DNA of 62,820 nt from Acidimicrobiia bacterium (lineage in GTDB: Bacteria; Actinomycetota; Acidimicrobiia; Spongiisociales; JAHEDJ01). Every line of letters begins with the position of its first letter. The first letter of the stretch is position 1. The notes under the pieces are model-generated. The model did not search any database. It worked only from the letters and a program-made list of their open reading frames with translations, and was not told where the DNA came from. Position numbers and translations under genes: made by a program. The stretch spans positions 1 to 62,820 of the forward strand of contig JARGFH010000018.1 of assembly GCA_029210695.1 (NCBI GenBank), in the 5' to 3' direction. Shown in pieces: positions 48,341-57,426 of the stretch.

Positions 48341-49510
48341 ATGCAATCCAAGACATGGATGAAGATCGTGGCGTTGCTCGCGGTCTTCGCACTTGTATTG
48401 GCCGCCTGCGGCGACAGCACGACAGATACGACTGCTGCTCCCGATACGACGGATACGACTGCTGCCCCCGACACCACGGACACGACGATGGCGCCCGACA
48501 CCACGGATACCACGATGGCGCCCGACACCACGGACACGACCGCCGCCGCGATGGTCGATTACAAGGCCTGCGAGGTCACCGATACCGGCGGTGTCGACGA
48601 CCGCAGCTTCAACCAGAGCGCCTGGGAAGGCGCCCTGAAGGCCGAAGCGGAACTCGGTGTAGAGGTGAAGGTTCTCGAATCTCAGTCTGCAGCAGATTTC
48701 GAGCCGAACATCAACTCTCTGATCGCCGACGACTGCGATATGGTCGTCACCGTCGGGTTCCTGCTCGGCGACGCCACGCTCGCCGCCGCCCAGGCCAATC
48801 CGGATGTTGCGTTCTCGATCGTTGACTACGCGTACGATCCGGTTGTCGACAACATTGCCGCCCACGTCTACGCAACCGCAGACGGTGCATTCTTGGCGGG
48901 CTACGTTGCCGCAGCCATGACCCAGACCGGGACGATTGCCACCTACGGTGGTGTCGACATCGGCGGACCCGTGACCGACTTCATGGACGGTTTCGTTTGG
49001 GGTGCTCGTTACTACAACCAGGAGAAGGGCACCGATGTCCAGGTGCTCGGCTGGAATCCCGATACCAAGGAAGGTCTGTTCACCGGTAACTTCGAGAGCA
49101 TCGAGGACGCCAGGACGCTCAGCGTGAGTTTGGCGGACGAAGGTGCCGACATCTTCCTGCCCGTCGGCGGACAGATCGGGCAAGGCTCGGCGGCGCTGGC
49201 TCAGGAACGTGGGGATATGTGGGTGATCGGTGTGGACTCCGACTGGTTCCTGTCGGTTCCACAGTTCTCCGACGTCATCCTGACGTCCGTGCTGAAGAAG
49301 ATCGATGTGTCGGTCTACGACACCATCAAGTCGGCCGTCGACGGCATGTTTGCCGGCGGCACCGTCGTCAACACGATGGCGACCGGTGCCATCGACATCG
49401 CTCCGTTCCATGATGCCGACTCGTTGGTTCCCGCCGAATTGAAGGCTGAAGTCGAGGCGATCAAGGCGGCCATCATCGATGGTTCGCTCGACATCGTTAT
49501 CTCCGGCTAA
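48341..49510 (+). CDS. BMP-family ABC nucleoside-binding lipoprotein
   Basis: Lipobox LAAC; DTGGVDDRSFNQSAWEG, GFL, FLAGY.AA, IGVDSD, TSVLKKID. Confidence 0.93.
   Translation: MQSKTWMKIVALLAVFALVLAACGDSTTDTTAAPDTTDTTAAPDTTDTTMAPDTTDTTMAPDTTDTTAAAMVDYKACEVTDTGGVDDRSFNQSAWEGALKAEAELGVEVKVLESQSAADFEPNINSLIADDCDMVVTVGFLLGDATLAAAQANPDVAFSIVDYAYDPVVDNIAAHVYATADGAFLAGYVAAAMTQTGTIATYGGVDIGGPVTDFMDGFVWGARYYNQEKGTDVQVLGWNPDTKEGLFTGNFESIEDARTLSVSLADEGADIFLPVGGQIGQGSAALAQERGDMWVIGVDSDWFLSVPQFSDVILTSVLKKIDVSVYDTIKSAVDGMFAGGTVVNTMATGAIDIAPFHDADSLVPAELKAEVEAIKAAIIDGSLDIVISG
48419..48550 (+). repeat. 27-bp coding tandem repeat (TTDTT[A/M]APD, about 5 copies)
   Basis: Directly visible in DNA and protein. 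Confidence 0.9.
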
Positions 49511-49531
49511 AAGAACGCGAGAAGCACAAAC

Positions 49532-49567
49532 AACGAGAGCCCCCTCTTTCACGAGGGGGCTCTCGTT
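49532..49567 (+). terminator. Perfect 15-bp hairpin after the BMP gene (terminator or mRNA stabiliser)
   Basis: AACGAGAGCCCCCTC-TTTCAC-GAGGGGGCTCTCGTT. Confidence 0.8.
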
Positions 49568-49605
49568 CGTCTAGGCTGCCTCGTGCTGGTCGAGAGGAGG
49601 AGTGG

Positions 49606-51114
49606 GTGGAACTCGAGCTGAAGGGAATCACCAAACGGTTCCCGGGAGTCCTGGCCAACGATCGAGTCAATCTCGAAATCAAGTCGGGGGAGATTCTTGG
49701 CCTCCTTGGGGAGAACGGGGCCGGGAAGACCACGCTCATGAACGTCCTCTACGGTCTCTACTCGGCGACCGAAGGCGAGATCCTGATCGACGGGCGCGTG
49801 CAGGATTTCCAGTCGCCGGGCGACGCCATCGCCGCCGGGATAGGCATGGTCCATCAGCATTTCATGCTCGTTCCGGTGTTCACAGTCGCCGAAAACGTAG
49901 TTCTGGGCGTTGAACCGACCAGGGCAGCCGGCATCCTCAACATGGAGGAGGCCCGCCGCGACGTCCGCCAGATCTCCGCCAAGTACGGCCTCGAAGTCGA
50001 TCCAGAAGCCGTCATCGAAGACCTCCCGGTCGGTATCCAGCAACGAGTCGAGATCATCAAAGTGCTGTTCCGACAGGCGGAGATCATCGTGTTCGACGAG
50101 CCGACCGCGGTGCTCACCCCGCAGGAGGTCGAGGAATTCTTCGGCATCGTCCGGTCCCTTCGTGACGCAGGTAAGGGGATCATCTTCATCACCCACAAGC
50201 TCGACGAGATTCGCGAGGTAGCCGATCGTATCAACGTATTGCGGCGGGGCCGGGTTGTTGGGGAGGCCGATCCGAAGAGCGTTAGCAAAGAAGAACTGGC
50301 TGAAATGATGGTCGGCCGGCCGGTAGAGCTGGTGGTGGCAAAGGGGGAGGCGACTCCCGGTGCCCCCGTTCTCGAGGTGCAAGACCTGGTCGTCCTCGAC
50401 GACCGCAATCATCCCAACGTTGACGGAGTTTCATTCACCGTTCACGCCGGTGAGATCGTCGGTATCGCCGGTGTGCAGGGCAACGGTCAAACCGAGCTCG
50501 TTGAAGCGTTGACCGGGTTGCGGACGGCCCTGTCGGGAGTCGTCCGGCTGTCCGGTGAGGTGGTGACCGACGACACGCCGCGTGAGATCCACCGCAAGAG
50601 CGTCGCCCACGTGCCGGAAGATCGGCAGCGGTCCGGTCTCGTGCTGACCTTTACCGTTGCCGAGAACCTGGTGCTCGACAGCTACTACGACGAGCCGTTT
50701 TCTAGCGGCGTGGTCATGGACTGGGCCCGGACGAGAGAGAACGCCAGATCACTCGTGGAAGAGTACGACGTACGGACCCCCTCGATCGAGGTCGAAGTCC
50801 GCAATCTGTCTGGAGGCAATCAGCAGAAGGTGATCGTGGCGCGCGAGTTTTCACGCGACGTGAAGTTCACCGTTGCTTCGCAACCAACGCGTGGACTCGA
50901 TGTCGGTTCCATCGAGTACATCCACGAGCGAATCGTCAAGGAGCGCGACACGGGTGGGGCAATCCTCATTGTTTCGACGGAACTCGACGAGGTCATGGCC
51001 CTCTCCGATCGCATCCTCGTCATGTACCGGGGCAAGATCGTGGCCGAGCGCCGCCCGGACGAGACCGACACGACACAACTCGGATTGTTCATGGCAGGAG
51101 TGACTGAGAAATGA
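49606..51114 (+). CDS. ABC transporter ATP-binding protein (CUT2/nucleoside, tandem domains)
   Basis: GENGAGKT, DEPT, LSGGNQQK, QPTRGLD. Confidence 0.95.
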   Translation: MELELKGITKRFPGVLANDRVNLEIKSGEILGLLGENGAGKTTLMNVLYGLYSATEGEILIDGRVQDFQSPGDAIAAGIGMVHQHFMLVPVFTVAENVVLGVEPTRAAGILNMEEARRDVRQISAKYGLEVDPEAVIEDLPVGIQQRVEIIKVLFRQAEIIVFDEPTAVLTPQEVEEFFGIVRSLRDAGKGIIFITHKLDEIREVADRINVLRRGRVVGEADPKSVSKEELAEMMVGRPVELVVAKGEATPGAPVLEVQDLVVLDDRNHPNVDGVSFTVHAGEIVGIAGVQGNGQTELVEALTGLRTALSGVVRLSGEVVTDDTPREIHRKSVAHVPEDRQRSGLVLTFTVAENLVLDSYYDEPFSSGVVMDWARTRENARSLVEEYDVRTPSIEVEVRNLSGGNQQKVIVAREFSRDVKFTVASQPTRGLDVGSIEYIHERIVKERDTGGAILIVSTELDEVMALSDRILVMYRGKIVAERRPDETDTTQLGLFMAGVTEK

Positions 51115-52361
51115 GCGACGAGCACACGGGCCCGCAGGCTGAGGACCCGGCCAACGGGGAAGGAATGGCCACCGAGCCGGCTGCCAACGGCCCCGATCGG
51201 CGCATCTGGGCGCGCATCACAGGGGCAGAGGGTGACTGGCGGTCCCAGATCCTGGTCCCGGTACTGGCCGTCTTCACGGCCCTGGTGATCGGGGCCATCA
51301 TCATTGCACTCTCGGACATCGATCTGCTCGGCATGTGGGGCGATGACGCCGGTGAGGCTTTCCGGCAGACCTTCGCCCGGATCGGAGACGCGTACGGCGG
51401 CCTGTTCACCGGCGCCTTCGGTTCGGTTCGAGGCGTTTCGGAAACGCTCACCTGGGCAACTCCGCTCATACTCGCCGGGCTATCCGTCGCCATCGGATTT
51501 CGGGCCGGGCTCTTCAATATCGGCGCGGAAGGTCAGATGCTCATGGGCGGGATGCTGGCCCTCGTGGTCGGGTTTCAGTTCAACGTTACGATCTGGCTCC
51601 ATCTACCGCTGGCCATCCTGGGCGGCTTCATTGGTGGGGCCATCTGGGGTGGCATTCCCGGCTGGCTGCGCGCCAGGACCGGGGCACACGAGGTTATTAC
51701 AACCATCATGTTCAATTGGATCGCCATTCGGTTCGTCGACTACGCCCTCAAGACGACCTTCATTCAGCGGGAGGGTCGGCCCGATCGTATCTCCAAGGAC
51801 GTACTGGAATCTGGTCGGCTTCCCAAGTTGCTCGGCTGGATAGACCCGCAGTACCGGCTCAATGCCGGGATCATCGTGGCGTTGCTGGCTGCCTGGGGGG
51901 TGTACTGGTTGTTGTTCAAGTCAACGGTCGGTTTTGAGGTCCGGGCGGTAGGAGCCAATCCGGACGGAGCCAAATACGCCGGCATGAACGTCACGCGGGC
52001 CTACATCCTGGTCATGGCGGTTGCAGGTGGTCTCGGCGGATTGGCCGGCTCGACTCAGATCCTCGGGGTGCTCGGCAACGCCACCCCCGGCTTCAGCGCC
52101 AATCTCGGCTTCGACGCAATTGCCCTCGCCCTGCTGGGGCGGTCGCATCCGTTCGGCGTGGTTCTGGCCGGCATCTTGTTTGGTGCGCTGCGAGCGGGTG
52201 GGCAGCAGATGCAGGTGGCGAGTGATGTGGGGATCGACCTGATCCTGGTCATTCAGGCCCTCATCGTGGTGTTCATTGCAGCTCCGGAACTGATCCGGGC
52301 CATATTCCGGGTGAGGGCCGTCAAGGCGGCCGAGCAAATCACACGGGGGTGGGCAACATGA
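51111..52361 (+). CDS. Nucleoside ABC transporter permease
   Basis: GLFNIGAEGQ, HEVITTIM, GFEVRAVGANP, GFDAIALALLG. Confidence 0.93.
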   Translation: MSDEHTGPQAEDPANGEGMATEPAANGPDRRIWARITGAEGDWRSQILVPVLAVFTALVIGAIIIALSDIDLLGMWGDDAGEAFRQTFARIGDAYGGLFTGAFGSVRGVSETLTWATPLILAGLSVAIGFRAGLFNIGAEGQMLMGGMLALVVGFQFNVTIWLHLPLAILGGFIGGAIWGGIPGWLRARTGAHEVITTIMFNWIAIRFVDYALKTTFIQREGRPDRISKDVLESGRLPKLLGWIDPQYRLNAGIIVALLAAWGVYWLLFKSTVGFEVRAVGANPDGAKYAGMNVTRAYILVMAVAGGLGGLAGSTQILGVLGNATPGFSANLGFDAIALALLGRSHPFGVVLAGILFGALRAGGQQMQVASDVGIDLILVIQALIVVFIAAPELIRAIFRVRAVKAAEQITRGWAT

Positions 52362-53632
52362 CCGCCGCTACTGCAACTGCAACGGCACAGCGAGTGCTTC
52401 GATCTCCGGCGGAGATTCGACGGGCACGCATCATCGGAGTCATCTATCTCTTGCTGGCTGCCTTCGTGCTGGTCGTCTTCGCCATGGGGACCGAGGGTGA
52501 TGCGACCTTCCGGCTGGCCGCCGCAGAAGACCGGTTCCAGCTTCCGGATCTCATTCTGTCCGCGGCCGGGCTCTCCTACACCGCCGCCGCGCTTCTGGCC
52601 TTTCTGGGCGGCATGCAACTGACCCGAGGTTTTGGGAAAGCTACCAACATCGTGCTTGGCCTTGCCATGGCGCTGATCGCCTTCACGTTTCTTGGGTGGG
52701 CGGCGGCCGGCAAGTCTTTCAGCCTGGTGGGGATGCTGCAGCTGACGGTGGTCAAGAGCGTGCCGATCACGTTCGGAGCACTGTCGGGTGTGATGTGCGA
52801 ACGAGTGGCGGTGATCAACATCGGCATCGAGGGCATGCTGCTGTCTGGGGCCTTCCTAGGCGCCCTGATCGGGTCGGTGGCAGGACCATGGATGGGGATT
52901 CTGGCGGGAATCCTGGTGGGCGGATTGCTGGCGTTCGCTCTGGCTGTGCTGGCGATCAAGTACCGGGTCGACCAGATCATTGCCGGGGTGGTCATCAACA
53001 TCTTTGCGCTGGGCATAACCTCGTTTCTGACCAGTTCCATTCTCGTGGAGAATTCCGACACGTTGAACCGCGTCGATATCTTCCGGGCCTGGAAGGTTCC
53101 CCTGCTCGGCGATATCCCGTTCATCGGACCGATCTTCTTCAATCACAACTTCTTTGTTTACGGCATGTATGTGCTGGTGGCGGTGATCGCCTTCGCGCTG
53201 TTCAAGACCCGGTGGGGTTTGCGATCGCGGGCAGTGGGGGAGCATCCAAAGGCAGCCGACACGCTGGGCATCAACGTGTTCCGGTTCCGCTACCTCAACG
53301 TGATTCTCGGGGGGATGATTGCCGGTTTCGGCGGTGCATACTTCACGGTCGGTTCGGCGGGTGCGTTTGATGAGAACATGTCGGCCGGCCGCGGCTTCAT
53401 CGGCCTGGCAGCAATGATCTTCGGTCGGTGGCATCCCGTTGGAGCTCTCGGGGCAGCACTTGTCTTCGGCTTCGCCGATTCACTCCAGGCGAAGCTGGCC
53501 ATTCTTCAGACGCCCATACCGGGTGAGTTCCTGCTGATGGCGCCCTACATCGTGACGGTGATCGTGGTAGCCGGAGTGGTCGGCCGGGCCCGCCCGCCGG
53601 CGGCCGACGGTCAACCGTACGTGAAGGAATAG
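52358..53632 (+). CDS. Nucleoside ABC transporter permease
   Basis: ERVAVINIGIEG, GLRSRAVGEHP, GRGFIGLAAMIFG.W.P. Confidence 0.93.
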   Translation: MTAATATATAQRVLRSPAEIRRARIIGVIYLLLAAFVLVVFAMGTEGDATFRLAAAEDRFQLPDLILSAAGLSYTAAALLAFLGGMQLTRGFGKATNIVLGLAMALIAFTFLGWAAAGKSFSLVGMLQLTVVKSVPITFGALSGVMCERVAVINIGIEGMLLSGAFLGALIGSVAGPWMGILAGILVGGLLAFALAVLAIKYRVDQIIAGVVINIFALGITSFLTSSILVENSDTLNRVDIFRAWKVPLLGDIPFIGPIFFNHNFFVYGMYVLVAVIAFALFKTRWGLRSRAVGEHPKAADTLGINVFRFRYLNVILGGMIAGFGGAYFTVGSAGAFDENMSAGRGFIGLAAMIFGRWHPVGALGAALVFGFADSLQAKLAILQTPIPGEFLLMAPYIVTVIVVAGVVGRARPPAADGQPYVKE

Positions 53633-53654
53633 GCCCAATCAGGTAATCGGATAT

Positions 53655-53726
53655 GGGTTGTAGGTTCTTCCGGCGAGAACACCTGGCGGTTTGGGCACGA
53701 CCCACTACCTAGAACCTAGAACTCTG
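53655..53726. repeat. Heptamer repeat element with inverted arms
   Basis: GGGTTGT AGGTTCT ... TACCTAG AACCTAG AACTCTG between convergent genes. Confidence 0.6.
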
Positions 53727-53745
53727 AAGGGGCGTTGAGCGGTGC

Positions 53746-54663
53746 TCAACGCCCCGGTTTGCCGTAGAACTCCAACTCTGCCAGTGCCAACTCGGAAAAC
53801 GGGATGCCGACCTCTCCCGTCGCCGGATCGGTGTAGGCCTCCGCGGCATACACCCCGGTCACCCGGATCGTGAGTTCGGTCGTCGCCAGTGTCTGAATGC
53901 GAATCGACTGTGGCTGTGACTTGTCATCCAGCGTGAAGTTGAACGGCGAGGTCACGTCGTCGGCGACAATCTCCAGGTCCTTGATCCGGTAGTTCCGCCT
54001 GAACTTCGCCTCGTCGGTGACATTCATGATGACGATCGTCTCGAGTTGGACGGGGGTGCCGAAGGTGATCACGAACTCGGCGCCCTCACCTTTGAGGCTC
54101 AAGTCATTCCAGTAGGTCTCAACAGAACCGTCCTTGAGGTTGTCGCACGGCAGGCTGACGAACTCGGATGAACAGGTGATGAGCAGCACCGGCAGCTTCT
54201 GGGTGGCGGCGATCGTCGCCGATGTAGTGCTCGTACTCGATGCTCCATCCACGACGGTGTCATCGGTCGAGTCGCCGGTGAGAGCCCCGAAGATCCAGGC
54301 GATCAGCAGCACTCCGAGCAGGACGCCCGTGATCATTATGGCGGCCCTGACACCCGCCGACGCCTGGAGGAATGGTTGTGGGGCAACGGGAAGGGGGCCT
54401 TGCGCTAGCCTCGCTCCGCACTCCTCACAATGCCGGTTGGTCTCCGGGTTGGCGGCGCCGCACGACGGACACGTGAGGGAGGTATAGGGAATCGAGGCCA
54501 CTCCGTAGTCGCCTTCCTCCACGTAGTTGTCGGGTGGGGTGTCATCGAGATCGAATTGCTCGACCTCGCTGTCCGCAAGCGGATCGACCCATAGGCCGCA
54601 CTGCGGGCAGAACTGATCGTCCTTGAACTGGGCGCCACAGTTGGTGCAGGTATGTTCGCTCAA
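53746..54663 (-). CDS. Double zinc-ribbon, single-TM protein with extracellular beta-sandwich (discoidin-like) domain
   Basis: Four CxxCG motifs, one TM, S/T linker, NL.DG..ETYW...GEG pattern. Confidence 0.7.
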   Translation of the reverse strand: MSEHTCTNCGAQFKDDQFCPQCGLWVDPLADSEVEQFDLDDTPPDNYVEEGDYGVASIPYTSLTCPSCGAANPETNRHCEECGARLAQGPLPVAPQPFLQASAGVRAAIMITGVLLGVLLIAWIFGALTGDSTDDTVVDGASSTSTTSATIAATQKLPVLLITCSSEFVSLPCDNLKDGSVETYWNDLSLKGEGAEFVITFGTPVQLETIVIMNVTDEAKFRRNYRIKDLEIVADDVTSPFNFTLDDKSQPQSIRIQTLATTELTIRVTGVYAAEAYTDPATGEVGIPFSELALAELEFYGKPGR

Positions 54664-54702
54664 CCAGAGTCCTTCCTTCGGGCGTTATTGTGCCATGCAT
54701 TG

Positions 54703-54828
54703 ATGGTGCTGTGGGCGATCAGAACGACGGAAACCTGGACACCGGCAAATATCGTCGGTCTCGTAGTGTTGGTGGCCGCCTTGGCCGGCCTCGCTTTCTG
54801 GCATTTTCGAGGACGCGCGAAGCCCTAG
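54703..54828 (+). CDS. Small single-pass membrane protein (41 aa, below ORF-track cutoff)
   Basis: MVLWAIRTTETWTPANIVGLVVLVAALAGLAFWHFRGRAKP; TATTGT -10 at 54686-54691; fills an otherwise empty intergenic gap. Confidence 0.5.
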   Translation: MVLWAIRTTETWTPANIVGLVVLVAALAGLAFWHFRGRAKP

Positions 54829-54904
54829 CAAGGGCTCGCGGCTGGTGCGGGTTGGCAGATAGCTCACTTGCTCTTGTGTCCCATGCCGCCGATAGGATCG
54901 CTCC

Positions 54905-56212
54905 ATGACATTTCGATGTGGAGAGTGCGGATATCGATCCGGGAAATGGATGGGCTTCTGCCCGCAGTGCCGGTCCGATCTGGGCTTGATCGAAGACGAC
55001 CGTGCCAGGTCCGTTGCGCGAATCCCGGTGCCGACACCGTTGCAGGTTGCCGGCAACCGGACGATCGAGCGCGCCAGGATCGGGATCGGTGAAGTGGATC
55101 GTGTGCTCGGTGGTGGTCTCGTGCCGGGATCCGTGGTACTTGTCGGCGGTGAACCCGGCGTCGGCAAGTCGACGCTGTTGCTTCAGGTCGCCGGGAGCCT
55201 CGCCGATGCCGGCGGGAAGGTCCTCGTTGCCACCGCTGAAGAATCGGAAGACCAGGTGGGCCTCAGGGCCCGACGCCTCAGCGTTGCCACGGACAACGTG
55301 TTTCTCCTCGCGGAAGAGGACGTCGATTCCATCATCGCGGCTGCCGGGGAGTTGCGCCCGGACCTCTTGATCGTGGATTCCGTGCAGGCGGTGAGTGCCG
55401 CAGAGGTCGGGAGCGGCCCCGGCTCGATCGCCCAGGTGCGCGAGTGTGGGGCGCGCTTGACGCGGTTCGCAAAAGAACGGAACGTGGCGGTGATTCTGGT
55501 CGGTCATGTCACCAAAGATGGCGGCATCGCCGGACCCAAGTTGCTGGAGCATATGGTCGATGTCGTCCTCTATCTCGAAGGCGAGTCCGAGCATGGCCTC
55601 CGCACCCTGCGGAGTCTCAAGAACCGATTCGGGGCGACCCACGTCGTCGGCCTCTTCGAGATGGCGACCGTCGGGTTGGTCGAGGTCGATGACCCATCCG
55701 CAGTGTTTCTGGCCGGGTGGCGTCACACGGTGGCCGGGTCCGTCGTCGTTCCAGCTGTGCAGGGCCGCCGGCCGGTGCTGGTGGAGGTGCAGGCGCTGGT
55801 CGCTCCTACCAAGTTCGTCCAGCCGCGTCGTAGCACTCGTGGCATCGAGTCCGCCCGACTTCACCAGCTGATCGCAGTCCTGGCGCGCCACGGTGGGATT
55901 CCCTTCTACGACCGGGAGGTCTACGTCGGGCTGGTGGGTGGTCTCCGGATCGCCGAGCCTGCGATCGATCTGCCGCTGGCGCTCGCACTCGTCTCCTCGC
56001 TGCTCGATAAACCGCTCGGTCGGCTGGCTGCCTGGGGTGAAGTGGGCTTGACGGGGGAGATCAGGTCGGTGCCGCATGAGTCGAGGCGCCGGGAGGAAGC
56101 CAACCGGCTGGGCGTCGAGCGGATCGTCGCGCCCTCCGATGTGAGCTCGCTGGCTGAGGCCCTGGAGTGGGCGGGTTTGCTGCCCGACGGAGGCCATACG
56201 CCGGGGAGATGA
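54905..56212 (+). CDS. radA: DNA repair protein RadA/Sms
   Basis: C4 zinc finger, GEPGVGKST, DSVQ, KNRFG, GEVGLTGE. Confidence 0.96.
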   Translation: MTFRCGECGYRSGKWMGFCPQCRSDLGLIEDDRARSVARIPVPTPLQVAGNRTIERARIGIGEVDRVLGGGLVPGSVVLVGGEPGVGKSTLLLQVAGSLADAGGKVLVATAEESEDQVGLRARRLSVATDNVFLLAEEDVDSIIAAAGELRPDLLIVDSVQAVSAAEVGSGPGSIAQVRECGARLTRFAKERNVAVILVGHVTKDGGIAGPKLLEHMVDVVLYLEGESEHGLRTLRSLKNRFGATHVVGLFEMATVGLVEVDDPSAVFLAGWRHTVAGSVVVPAVQGRRPVLVEVQALVAPTKFVQPRRSTRGIESARLHQLIAVLARHGGIPFYDREVYVGLVGGLRIAEPAIDLPLALALVSSLLDKPLGRLAAWGEVGLTGEIRSVPHESRRREEANRLGVERIVAPSDVSSLAEALEWAGLLPDGGHTPGR

Positions 56213-56307
56213 GTGCCGGGTAGGTGCTTCGGAACCCTGGGAGGGAACGGAACCCGGTTCACATGACGCGACGCTGAGGCTCGGGTGGGTGTAGTAGATT
56301 CCTGTCG

Positions 56308-57375
56308 ATGGTTGCGCGTCTCACTCTCCAAGATGTCCTAGAGCGTCTGGCGCCGGGCACACCGCTCCGGCAGGCTGTGGAGCGAATCATTCAGCAGCGG
56401 AATGGTGCCCTCGTCATCCTCGGCTTCAACGCGGGAGTGGCAGATTTGTGCAGCGGCGGATTTGAACTCTCCGACTCCGCTTTCACTCCTGCCAGGCTGG
56501 CCGAGCTGGCCAAGATGGATGGGGCGATCATCATCGACGATTCCTTCGGACAAATCCTGCGTGCGAATGTGCACCTGCTGCCGAATCCCAAATACGGTAC
56601 GGATGAGACCGGCGCACGACACCGAACTGCGGAACGTACCGCACAGCAGACCCGCAGGCCGGTGTTGAGCGTGAGTGAGGACCGACGCATGGCGACCCTC
56701 TTCATCGATGGAACCAAGCACGAGCTCTTGAGTCCCACGCTTGTCGCCGCCAAGGTCAACCAATCGCTCCAGACGCTCGATCGGTTCCGCAGAAGGCTCG
56801 AAGACGCTGAGGAGATCCTCACTCGCTCCGAGATAGCCGACCTCGTTACCTTCCGGACGGTCCTCACGGTGTTGCAGCGGTCTGAACTCGTGCGCAGGAT
56901 CGGGCAGGAGATCAAGCAAGATGCGGTAGGTCTGGGTGACGAGGGGGGCCTGATCGTTCTTCAGATTGCCGACCTGATCCATGGTGTGGATGAGCTCAGG
57001 GAACTGACTTTGGCAGACTACGTTCGCCCCAATCGGGCCAATGTGATTCGTGGGGCTCTCAACGATCTCGAAGCAATACCGATGGCGGATTTGACCAGTG
57101 CCGAGCGGGTTGCGGAGGCACTCGGATTCGATCAACCCGACCAGCAGGCGGAAGCCCGCGGGGTTCGGCTTCTGTCCCATGTTCCAAGGCTTCCTGATTT
57201 CGTCCGGACCTCGTTGGTTCGTCACTTCCGCGACGTGCAGCGCTTGCTGGCCGCTTCAGCTGCTGACCTCGAGCGCGTGGAAGGCGTCGGCGCAGCCCGC
57301 GCTGAGCAGATCCGGCGTTATTTCGACCGCATGGTCGACCGCACCCAGATGTGGCAATCCACCTCGCTCGACTAA
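56308..57375 (+). CDS. disA: DNA integrity scanning diadenylate cyclase DisA
   Basis: APGT.LR, MDGA, GARHRTA, C-terminal HhH VEGVG; follows radA. Confidence 0.94.
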   Translation: MVARLTLQDVLERLAPGTPLRQAVERIIQQRNGALVILGFNAGVADLCSGGFELSDSAFTPARLAELAKMDGAIIIDDSFGQILRANVHLLPNPKYGTDETGARHRTAERTAQQTRRPVLSVSEDRRMATLFIDGTKHELLSPTLVAAKVNQSLQTLDRFRRRLEDAEEILTRSEIADLVTFRTVLTVLQRSELVRRIGQEIKQDAVGLGDEGGLIVLQIADLIHGVDELRELTLADYVRPNRANVIRGALNDLEAIPMADLTSAERVAEALGFDQPDQQAEARGVRLLSHVPRLPDFVRTSLVRHFRDVQRLLAASAADLERVEGVGAARAEQIRRYFDRMVDRTQMWQSTSLD

Positions 57376-57426
57376 CGAGCCCGGCTCTGCGCGAGGTACA
57401 CTGTTCCGCCCCCGACGAGAGTGTGC

